From Oculatellaceae cyanobacterium bins.114 (GTDB taxonomy: Bacteria > Cyanobacteriota > Cyanobacteriia > Elainellales > Elainellaceae), in assembly GCA_033764315.1 (NCBI GenBank), contig JANRJA010000056.1, positions 17,515-81,514 of the forward strand: a DNA stretch of 64,000 nt. The letters run 5' to 3'. Below the pieces are notes generated by a model. That model did not search any database. It was not told the origin of the DNA and saw only the letters and a program-made list of their open reading frames with translations. This document shows positions 51,286-60,010 of this stretch, one piece after another (within the stretch, counting starts at the first letter, position 1; the number at the start of each line of letters is the position of its first letter). Both the position numbers and the translations under genes were made by a program.

Positions 51286-52860
51286 TCAATCTGCTTCTCG
51301 CTCTGCGGTTAACGCAAACACAGGGACAGAAGAAGATTTGCCTTTGAGAGCAACCTCTCCTAACGTTTCACAGTCATAGCGATCGCCAATGTATTCATAC
51401 ACGTCTTTAGTCAGCAAGATCTGATTGGGTGTTGCATAGGTCATCAGACGTGCAGCTGTATTAACCGGATCTCCCAAAATATTAAATTCTCGTCTACCCC
51501 TTGCCTCACCAATCTCAGCGGCAAACACCGAACCCAACGTAAATCCCATTCGGCAGGTCACTTCTAAGGGGCGGTTATTCACAATGGGTGGCTCTAACTT
51601 CGACACAATGTCGCGAATCGCCAGAGCCGTATCCGCTGCCCGCATCACATCATTCGCATGACGACCCAAAACTCCAAAATAAATCAGGAAATCAGACCCA
51701 ACAGAGTGATAAGTGACTTTTTGCAAAATCCCTCCCCGGCTCTGCACCGCTGCATCAATCGCAGCAAAGGCTCGCGAAAAACTGGCAACAACCCCCTCTG
51801 TCTCTTGGTGTGAAGCCCCATCTACCGCCTCTGGCAATCCCTTTAAGTTAATAAACACCACAGCTGGCGTTGGAAAATCAGGTGGAATGCGTCGTTGAGC
51901 AGCGTTTTCAACCAGTAAATTGAGAATTGAGCCAGGGAAATAGCTTGCCAGTGGTTCGACTCGCTTTAAGACTTCCCCAATTTCTGACACTAGCCCTGCC
52001 ACACTGCGATCGAGCAAAAAAGCACTGGCATGACGACGACGAGTCAGAGTAATGTCATATTCTCCAAGCTGTTCAGCCGTAAAATCATCTTTAACCAGTA
52101 CATAACTTTGATCCAGCGACTCTAACCGAAAGTCTTCATTCAAAAAACGAGTTGTTGTGCCCCCAATCGCGTGTTCGCCTGTTTCCATAGTCAAACAAAC
52201 CCGACCTACTTGTCCTGCTGCCTCTGCCCGCTTTGCCCGTCGCACCGATCGCCCTAGTAAAACGTGAACCATCCGAATTGGGGTGCCAATATCGGCAGTC
52301 AAAAATCGCCCTGCATGAATGCCAACCCGCATCCCTAATGAGAAGTTGCCTTGCGGTGTTTCAATGTTGGCAAAATTGCTCATTGCTCGTTGCATCCGTA
52401 ATCCGGCTCTCACCGCTTGTGCCAGATCACCCCGTGAAGCATCTGCCAAAAACTGAACTAGCATGGCATCACCTGTAAATTCCAACAAATCTCCGCCTGA
52501 TTTGCTGATAATTTCAATCATTTCTGAAAAGTACCCGTTCAGCACATTCAGCAAAACGGTTGCGCCGTGTTGACCGACTGCCGCATTGGCTTCTAAAAGC
52601 GGTGTAAAGCCTGCCAGATCAGTAAAGAGCAGGGTACCTTCTTGCCAGCGATAGCTAATCTTTCCAGGACAAGGGGGATCATCTGACACTTGGCGAGGAG
52701 TGTAATCTTGCAAGATGCGTTGCAAGGTTCGCAAGTGTTCAAACACTTTCATGAGGTTGTGGGGTTCAGGTTCGACCCAGACTGCTGCATAGAGATCGGC
52801 TGGCAATAGGGAACGAAGCTTCAGTTCTAAAGTGGCTAAAGACAAAGCTGGATCAGACAC
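51286..52860 (-). CDS. Class III nucleotide cyclase with two tandem cyclase homology domains
   Basis: LLFTDLAGFT, EFTGDAM, MRVGIHAG; second domain ILGDPVNTAARL, LKGK. Confidence 0.9.
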   Translation of the reverse strand: MSDPALSLATLELKLRSLLPADLYAAVWVEPEPHNLMKVFEHLRTLQRILQDYTPRQVSDDPPCPGKISYRWQEGTLLFTDLAGFTPLLEANAAVGQHGATVLLNVLNGYFSEMIEIISKSGGDLLEFTGDAMLVQFLADASRGDLAQAVRAGLRMQRAMSNFANIETPQGNFSLGMRVGIHAGRFLTADIGTPIRMVHVLLGRSVRRAKRAEAAGQVGRVCLTMETGEHAIGGTTTRFLNEDFRLESLDQSYVLVKDDFTAEQLGEYDITLTRRRHASAFLLDRSVAGLVSEIGEVLKRVEPLASYFPGSILNLLVENAAQRRIPPDFPTPAVVFINLKGLPEAVDGASHQETEGVVASFSRAFAAIDAAVQSRGGILQKVTYHSVGSDFLIYFGVLGRHANDVMRAADTALAIRDIVSKLEPPIVNNRPLEVTCRMGFTLGSVFAAEIGEARGRREFNILGDPVNTAARLMTYATPNQILLTKDVYEYIGDRYDCETLGEVALKGKSSSVPVFALTAEREAD

Positions 52861-53016
52861 AATTTAGCCTTGCTGGGGAAAAAACAACTAAAACATTTGT
52901 CCGTAGCTTAAACCAAGCAGCCGTACAACTCACCCTGAAAAAGCACAATAATTAATTACATTAGAGGAAATCATCGCCATTGCAAGAAAATTCCTCAGGT
53001 TTATTCTGACAATCCC

Positions 53017-53142
53017 ACGCGATGTGCAACTTAAAGGTTTAGATCCCCGGTTGCCCGTTCAGCATCCTCACAGTAGTCTGATTTGCGTAGTCTGATTTGC
53101 GTCACAGCAACCGAGGATCTGGGGAAAGTCGCACACGGGGTT
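53017..53142. mobile_element. MITE-like element family A, copy 2 (inverted)
   Basis: Reverse-complement match to 28367-28477 with an internal 14-bp duplication; flanked by AATCCC direct repeats. Confidence 0.78.
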
Positions 53143-53499
53143 AATCCCATTCTTTATTGATCACAACTGAAGAATTGGTTAGGACGGGTTCACCCCTGAC
53201 TGAGGCAAAGCCCACACACCTCACACACCTCCTTGCATCGTCTGTCTAAGCTTATCTAAACAGGGGCTAAATGGATTCTGATGCCCATTCGTGAGGAGGT
53301 CGTCATTAGAAACCCAGCATTTCTCACAAGCATTACAGTTTATTTACCTGATTTCCTAAAAGGGTTGCAGAGCCAATGCACCTACCCACCTCAACCAAAA
53401 ACTGGATTGACAAGAGAGCTAATGATTGTCAAATGAATAAACTAGGAGGTATGCTTAAAAACTGGAGTGGGCGACAGGATCGCTACTCTATTTTTTCTC

Positions 53500-53580
53500 G
53501 CGGATGTGGCGGAATTGGTATACGCGCACGTTTGAGGGGCGTGTGGCTTTGCCTTGCGAGTTCGAGTCTCGCCATCCGCA
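53500..53580 (+). tRNA. trnL: tRNA-Leu(GAG)
   Basis: GCGGATG acceptor, CACGT-TT-GAG-GG-GCGTG anticodon arm, GTTCGAGTC, CATCCGCA. Confidence 0.97.
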
Positions 53581-53930
53581 TATTTTTTACCAAGTTACGC
53601 CAGTTACCAGTTGCCAGTCATGGAGCCGTGCGATCGCGCTCTTGGCAAATTATGCTGACCTGCATGAGGCTAACCTGACTGCCTGACAAATCTCTAGTTC
53701 GCGCAGATTAGGCTGCGATCGGGTCAGCGCAAATTTTATTCACCAGTCACAGCAGGGAACATTAAGAGTCTTAGAACTTTTGTCAGTTAGCCGGGATGCT
53801 GACTCACAATTCTTCCTTGCGACAGAAGATAAACAAGAAATATAACGATCGCGCGATCGTGATCCCCATCTTCTTTTAAACTAAACCGCAGCTTAGATCC
53901 TTTAACCTCATTGAAATCTGCGGTTTAACG

Positions 53931-54251
53931 ATGGCTCACGTTTCTCATCCCTTCAATACTCCCTTTGCAATCCTGGCGGATCGTTGGAATACCTGGAAAG
54001 CCGCTTACGATCGCGCCAAAAACAATTACTACAACCAATGTATTGAGATCAATCCAGTTGGTGAAGCACGGCACTACTGGCAACGACTAAAGCATCCCCA
54101 ATCGAGCGTCAAGGTAGACGAAATCACCGATGCTAAGCTGAGCCGCTTGATGGACTCGATGATTGAGCAGGGCATTTCTAAATTTGCGGTGGATTGCTTT
54201 ATTTTGGAACTACGCCGTTTGGTGCGTAATGCTACCACTGTCACTCAATAG
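53931..54251 (+). CDS. Hypothetical protein
   Basis: 106-aa ATG-started ORF filling the gap, normal composition. Confidence 0.6.
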   Translation: MAHVSHPFNTPFAILADRWNTWKAAYDRAKNNYYNQCIEINPVGEARHYWQRLKHPQSSVKVDEITDAKLSRLMDSMIEQGISKFAVDCFILELRRLVRNATTVTQ

Positions 54252-54505
54252 CGATCGCGTTAGGATGAGATGCCTCAAGGGGTCTCTAGCAGAAAAATTA
54301 CCCGCTGGCTTCGACTTCGCTCAACCCGCTCATACCCTGATCGATGTCAAAGGGTACAATCTTTTTGAGAAAGTGGCTAAATTCGATTCTCCGGCCTCTC
54401 GATTCTCCGACCTCATGTTGTATCCGATCACACCTATCCGCTTTACCTTGAGCTAAACCTAATTGAGATACCCCTTTGGGTTCAGCCGTGTAAGGAGATG
54501 GACGA

Positions 54506-55810
54506 ATGGCAGAGTTAATTGGAGACAACTTTAATAACGTGCTGCGAGGCACCCTCGATCGAGATTCTCTATTTGATCTGGGGGGGAACGATCGCCTCTT
54601 TGGATTTCAACAAAATGACACGCTAGCAGGGGGTGATGGCAACGACACCCTTAATGGCGGCGTTGGGGGCGATCGCATGATAGGGGGCAACGGCAACGAT
54701 GTCTACTTTGTTGATAATCGGCGCGATCGCATTTCAGAAGGAGCCAATCAGGGTAGCGATATCGTCCGCACCTTCATTACCTTCACTCTGCCCAATCACG
54801 TTGAACGGCTCATTTTATCCGGCACTCGCGCCATCAACGGCACCGGCAACCGAGATGACAACGTGTTGTCGGGTAACCGTGCTAACAACGTGCTGTCGGG
54901 GTTAGGAGGGAATGACACTCTGGGTGGAGGGGGCGGCAACGACACCCTCAATGGCGGTATTGGGGACGATCGCCTGCTAGGAAGCGATGGCAATGACACG
55001 GCTTCGGGTGATGCTGGAGACGACACGATCGATGGGGGCACTGGTAATGACTTGCTCAATGGCAATGCAGGACGAGATGAATTGCTTGGAGGGTTGGGAG
55101 ACGACACTCTTAACGGGGGCGAGGGAGACGATACGCTAAACGGGGGGACAACCGTTCGTGATAGCGATCGCTTGACCGGAGGCATCGGCAACGACACCTA
55201 TGTGATTAACTCCACAACTGATGTGATTGTGGAACTAGCAGGCGAGGGCATTGACTCCGTGTTGCTGGTTGCCGATGTTTATGAAGAGTCTTCATTTACC
55301 CTAAGTGCTGAATTGGAGGATTTAGAGATTCAGGGCACGCGCAACTTTGATGGCTTTGGCAACGCTGTGGGCAACGTCCTTAAAGGCAATGCAGGCAATA
55401 ACACCCTGAATGGCTATGCCGGAAACGACTTTTTGACCGGCAACAATGGCAGCGATCGCTTTGTCTTTAGTGCCCCAAATCCTTTTACCACAAGTGCTAT
55501 AGGCATAGATACGATCACCGATTTTGTCTCTGGCACCGACAAGATTGTGCTCTCAAAAGCCACGTTTACCGGGTTAACGAGTGTGATCGGTACAGGCTTT
55601 AGCGTGGCTTCTGAGTTTGCAGATGTGGCAACTGATGCCGTAGCTGAAACCAGCGAAGCGGTATTTGTCTTTAGTCGCGATTCTGAAAAGCTCTTCTATA
55701 ACCCCAATGGCACAGCAACTGGCTTTGGTGCAACAGATAGCAGTGGAGCGATCGCCATTCTCTTTAACATCAACACCGTCGTTGCAACCGATTTTGAGCT
55801 AGTGGCGTAA
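54506..55810 (+). CDS. RTX/hemolysin-type calcium-binding repeat protein
   Basis: Numerous GGxGxDxL nonapeptides, DTITDF, C-terminal T1SS-like tail; AAGGAG RBS. Confidence 0.92.
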   Translation: MAELIGDNFNNVLRGTLDRDSLFDLGGNDRLFGFQQNDTLAGGDGNDTLNGGVGGDRMIGGNGNDVYFVDNRRDRISEGANQGSDIVRTFITFTLPNHVERLILSGTRAINGTGNRDDNVLSGNRANNVLSGLGGNDTLGGGGGNDTLNGGIGDDRLLGSDGNDTASGDAGDDTIDGGTGNDLLNGNAGRDELLGGLGDDTLNGGEGDDTLNGGTTVRDSDRLTGGIGNDTYVINSTTDVIVELAGEGIDSVLLVADVYEESSFTLSAELEDLEIQGTRNFDGFGNAVGNVLKGNAGNNTLNGYAGNDFLTGNNGSDRFVFSAPNPFTTSAIGIDTITDFVSGTDKIVLSKATFTGLTSVIGTGFSVASEFADVATDAVAETSEAVFVFSRDSEKLFYNPNGTATGFGATDSSGAIAILFNINTVVATDFELVA

Positions 55811-56078
55811 TTTACACCAATTTGAAAACCGCCACAGCTGAAGACAAGATTCCCAAAAATGTTGCGAAACTTACATCTAGTAATCAGCGTCACATTAGTT
55901 GCATAGAACAACACTAGAGATAACCGTTCTGAATGAATGAGTTGGCGACCCCCCAACAGTGCCCAACTCACGACACATCCGTTATCGACACTCAATCCGC
56001 AAAGCAACTCTGCGAGATAGGTCTACATCTATTTTGTTCTGGCGAACTATTGAAATCTTTTTTGATGAGGAGACATCA

Positions 56079-57347
56079 ATGGCAATTATTCGAGGAAAAT
56101 CCATTAAAGATCGACTTAGAGGCACCCGCGAAAGCGACACAATTCTAGGTTTAGGCGGAGATGATGTCCTTTTTGGTCTGGCAGGCAACGACAACCTCAG
56201 AGGTGGGGTTGGCAACGACGTCATGAATGGTGGCCTGGGCAACGATCGCATGCTCGGTGGCTTTGGTGATGACATTTACGTGGTCAACAGTGTGGGCGAT
56301 CGCACCATCGAAGGAGCCAATCAGGGAACGGATACCGTCCAATCCAGCATTAGTTGGACTTTGAGTGCCAATATTGAAAACCTCACTCTATTAGGGAGAG
56401 CGGCGATCGATGGCATTGGTAACAACCTGGACAACGTCATCATCGGCAACCTGGGCGACAACGACCTTCAGGGTCGTGATGGCAACGACACACTCAATGG
56501 CAGACAGGGCAATGACTCCTTGCTAGGTGGCAACGGCAACGACACCCTGATTGGGGGTGAGGGCGGTGATACCTTAGCAGGCGAAGCAGGCAACGACACC
56601 CTAATTGGCGGATTAGACATTCGCACCACAGGCACAGACATTGCCGACCTGACCCAAGATGTGGATCAACTCATTGGTGGATTGGGTGATGACACCTACT
56701 ACGTCAATCAAGCTGATGACAGCGTGGTTGAAGATAGCAACGCTGGAACGGACAAAGTTTTTGTATTTTCTACCGGGTTTGTCGGCACCAGCTATACTCT
56801 GCGGGATAACGTCGAAAACCTAGAAATCCTTGGTAGCAAAGGTATTGGAGTTGTTGGCAATAGCCTTGACAACACCATTGTGGGCAATGCCGGAGCCAAC
56901 AACTTAGAAGGAGGAGAAGGTAGCGACACACTCAACGGGGGCGATGGAACTGACACGCTGTTAGGAGGCATCGGCAACGACTTCCTCACAGGTGGTGCAG
57001 GAGATGACCAATTTCTTTACACCACCAATGTGTCAGCCGGACGTGACACCATTACTGACTTTAGCCGCGATAACGACAAGATTGTTTTATCTCGCACTAT
57101 CTTTGGTCTCACTAGCCTCGCAGGTAACGGCTTTAGCGTTGCAACCGAATTTGACACAGTTGACACCGATGCCGCTACTGAGACCAGTGCTGCTCGCATT
57201 GTCTTTAGCCGTCAAAGCAACACTCTGTTCTCTAACCAAAACGGCACTAGCGCAGGGTTTGGAGATGAGGGGGTTGTGCGGGGTGCGTTTGCAACGATCG
57301 CCAATGTCACCACACTGTCTGGGTCTAATTTTGTGATCACAGTGTAA
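56079..57347 (+). CDS. RTX/hemolysin-type calcium-binding repeat protein (paralog of the preceding gene)
   Basis: GGxGxD repeats; ATG 56079 with GAGGAG RBS; C-terminal segments shared with the preceding gene. Confidence 0.92.
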   Translation: MAIIRGKSIKDRLRGTRESDTILGLGGDDVLFGLAGNDNLRGGVGNDVMNGGLGNDRMLGGFGDDIYVVNSVGDRTIEGANQGTDTVQSSISWTLSANIENLTLLGRAAIDGIGNNLDNVIIGNLGDNDLQGRDGNDTLNGRQGNDSLLGGNGNDTLIGGEGGDTLAGEAGNDTLIGGLDIRTTGTDIADLTQDVDQLIGGLGDDTYYVNQADDSVVEDSNAGTDKVFVFSTGFVGTSYTLRDNVENLEILGSKGIGVVGNSLDNTIVGNAGANNLEGGEGSDTLNGGDGTDTLLGGIGNDFLTGGAGDDQFLYTTNVSAGRDTITDFSRDNDKIVLSRTIFGLTSLAGNGFSVATEFDTVDTDAATETSAARIVFSRQSNTLFSNQNGTSAGFGDEGVVRGAFATIANVTTLSGSNFVITV

Positions 57348-57486
57348 TTTCACAGTGTAATTGACAAGTAGCAAGGGGAGAGTGGGAATCGGGAGTGAAG
57401 AATCGGAAATTGATGATAAGTCAATGGCAAAATCTGCTCCTCCACCTCCCCTCTACTCTTGTACGTCTTCTCCCCTTTGCTACTCC

Positions 57487-58338
57487 CTACTCCCTTGCTA
57501 ACGCTTCGGCATGAAAGCGAATGTGGTCTTCAATAAACGTAGAGATGAAGTAATAACCGTGATCATAGTCGGCTTGCCGCCGCAAGGTTAATGGCTGACC
57601 CACCTTGGCGCAGGCTTGCTCAAAGCGTTCAGGCATGAGCTGTTTCTCTAAAAACGGATCAGCCATGCCTTGATCAATCAAAATAGGGCGATCGCGTTGG
57701 GTGGTTAACACCAGTTCACTGGCATCATAAGCACGCCACTGCTCTATATCGCTGCCCAAATAATTGCGAAAGGCTTTTTGTCCCCAGGGACACTGCATGG
57801 GCGCAGCAATCGGGGCAAAAGCTGACACCGATTGATACTGATCTGGGTTCTTGAGCGCACAAATGAGGGCTCCATGACCTCCCATTGAGTGACCCAAAAT
57901 GCCCTGGCAATCGCTCTGCACCGCAAAGTTAGCAGCAATTAGTGCAGGCAATTCCTGCGTGACATAGCTATACATCCGGTAATACTGATTCCAGGGAGCT
58001 TCGGTCGCATCCACATAGAACCCCGCACCTGTACCAAAATCCCAGTCATCCTCCTCACCGGGAATGCCCCGACCACGAGGACTCGTATCAGGTGCCACCA
58101 GCATGACACCATATTTGGCGGCAAACTGTTGTGCCCCCGCTTTGACCATAAAGTTTTCTTCAGTGCAGGTTAACCCTGACAAAAAATAGAGCACCGGAAC
58201 TGGGTGCGATCGCGCCTGTGGGGGTTGATAGACCGAAAACTTCATGTCGCTGTTGCAAGCACTGGAGACATGGCTATAAAACTCAACCGTGCCCCCAAAA
58301 CAGGCATGTCGATTAATCAGATTTAGAGCAGTAGACAT
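57487..58338 (-). CDS. fghA: S-formylglutathione hydrolase
   Basis: LSGLTCTEENF, PDTSPRG, GAGFYVDAT, GHSMGGHG, YDHGYYF. Confidence 0.96.
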   Translation of the reverse strand: MSTALNLINRHACFGGTVEFYSHVSSACNSDMKFSVYQPPQARSHPVPVLYFLSGLTCTEENFMVKAGAQQFAAKYGVMLVAPDTSPRGRGIPGEEDDWDFGTGAGFYVDATEAPWNQYYRMYSYVTQELPALIAANFAVQSDCQGILGHSMGGHGALICALKNPDQYQSVSAFAPIAAPMQCPWGQKAFRNYLGSDIEQWRAYDASELVLTTQRDRPILIDQGMADPFLEKQLMPERFEQACAKVGQPLTLRRQADYDHGYYFISTFIEDHIRFHAEALARE

Positions 58339-58451
58339 GGGTAGGAAAGGAGAAGAGAGAAAAAAGAAAAAAGAAAAAAGGCAGAGGGCAAAAGGGCACT
58401 ACCTGATTTTTGAGTCAGGACTACCACGTTTCAGGTCTTTGAATTGAATCT

Positions 58452-59561
58452 CTAAAAAGTTAAGACCGTCCGAATTGCATCCCCTCGATGCATCATGTCA
58501 AACGCCTCATTCACCTGCTCAATCGGCATCACATTGGTGATCAGATCATCAATGTTAATCTTGCCATCCATATACCAATCAACAATTTTGGGCACATCGG
58601 TGCGTCCTCTTGCACCCCCAAAAGCACTGCCCTTCCAAACGCGACCCGTCACCAGTTGAAACGGACGAGTGCTAATTTCCTTGCCTGCTCCGGCTACTCC
58701 AATAATGACACTGACCCCCCACCCTTTGTGACAGCATTCCAATGCCTGCCGCATCACATTGACATTACCAATACACTCAAAGCTATAGTCAGCACCCCCT
58801 TTGGTCAGATCGACTAAATAGGGCACTAGATCGCCTTCCACCTCTTCAGGATTGACAAAGTGAGTCATCCCCAACTTCTCAGCCAGTTCACGTTTTTTGG
58901 GATTGAGGTCTACGCCGACAATCATGTTGGCACCGACCATACGACATCCCTGAATCACATTTAAGCCGATGCCACCCAAACCAAACACTACAACATTGGC
59001 TCCTGGTTCAACCTTGGCCGTGTTAATCACTGCGCCTACTCCAGTCGTCACACCACAGCCGATGTAACAGACTTTTTCAAAGGGGGCATCTTCCCGAATC
59101 TTGGCAACGGCAATTTCCGGTAGTACGGTGTAGTTAGCAAAGGTCGAGGTGCCCATATAGTGGTGAATTAGGGTGCCATTTTTAGAGAAACGGCTCGTGC
59201 CATTGGGCATTAACCCACGTCCCTGGGTACTCCGAATTGCCTGACACAAATTGGTTTTCTGACTGAGGCAATATTCACAGTTGCGGCACTCTGGCGTATA
59301 CAGGGGAATGACGCGATCGCCCGGTTTAACCGATTTGACCCCAGATCCCACCTCGACCACGACCCCGGCTCCCTCGTGTCCCAAAATCGCGGGAAATAAT
59401 CCTTCAGGGTCAGCTCCAGACAGCGTGTAAGCATCGGTGTGGCAAACTCCAGTGGCTTTGATTTCGACCAGCACTTCGCCGTCTTGCGGCCCCTCCAGTT
59501 GAATGGTTTCGATACTCAAGGGTTTTCCGGCTTCGTAAGCAACAGCTGCTTTGACCTCCAT
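58452..59561 (-). CDS. frmA: S-(hydroxymethyl)glutathione dehydrogenase / class III alcohol dehydrogenase
   Basis: [18 protein letters not shown], structural Zn Cys cluster, [18 protein letters not shown]. Confidence 0.97.
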   Translation of the reverse strand: MEVKAAVAYEAGKPLSIETIQLEGPQDGEVLVEIKATGVCHTDAYTLSGADPEGLFPAILGHEGAGVVVEVGSGVKSVKPGDRVIPLYTPECRNCEYCLSQKTNLCQAIRSTQGRGLMPNGTSRFSKNGTLIHHYMGTSTFANYTVLPEIAVAKIREDAPFEKVCYIGCGVTTGVGAVINTAKVEPGANVVVFGLGGIGLNVIQGCRMVGANMIVGVDLNPKKRELAEKLGMTHFVNPEEVEGDLVPYLVDLTKGGADYSFECIGNVNVMRQALECCHKGWGVSVIIGVAGAGKEISTRPFQLVTGRVWKGSAFGGARGRTDVPKIVDWYMDGKINIDDLITNVMPIEQVNEAFDMMHRGDAIRTVLTF

Positions 59562-59736
59562 TCCTCGCTCCTGAAATTGATGGGTAATACAGACATTCAG
59601 ATTAATGACTATCCCATATTCAGTGAGGCTTCCGTATAGTCTTAAGCTTCTTACAGTATTTGTGGAAAAAGTAAAAGGGTCGAGGATTCAATGAGCAGAA
59701 AAGGACTGAGTACCGAGTACTGAGGCTAAGCAGGTG

Positions 59737-59838
59737 ATACTCATTCTCCAAATTGGAGCGACTGATCAGGCTGCCTTCGACTGCGCTCAGTCAGCGTCCT
59801 CTGAGCCTAGTCAAAGGGGACTTTTAGGGAATTGATAT
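59737..59838. mobile_element. MITE-like element, inverted near-copy of 41755-41869
   Basis: ACTGATCAGGCTGCCTTCGACTGCGCTCAGTCAGCGTC is the reverse complement of the core at about 41808-41845. Confidence 0.75.
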
Positions 59839-60010
59839 GACCATTGACCGTTCATCTTACTCTATATGATCAGGCTTTACGCTGGCTTTAAATTTTGCCG
59901 GAACTTATACTCAATCTGCTTTGTCATTTCAGGAGGAATACGGTTGATTTAGGCGGCGCGCATGCCTAAGTAACCAGCCTTAATTTATTCACCCTGAATT
60001 AGTATCATCT

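Noticed and set aside
51101..51379. 92-aa ORF, and likewise 53376-53678 and 53504-53686
   Set aside because: They overlap tRNA genes and are spurious
53211..53232. CACACACCTCACACACCTCC resembling the Yfr1 sRNA core
   Set aside because: Does not match ACTCCTCACAC exactly, lacks the flanking stems and adjoins a degenerate repeat element
51284..53499. Genomic island bounded by the two tRNAs
   Set aside because: No integrase and no duplicated tRNA 3' end seen; HIP1 is present in the cyclase gene
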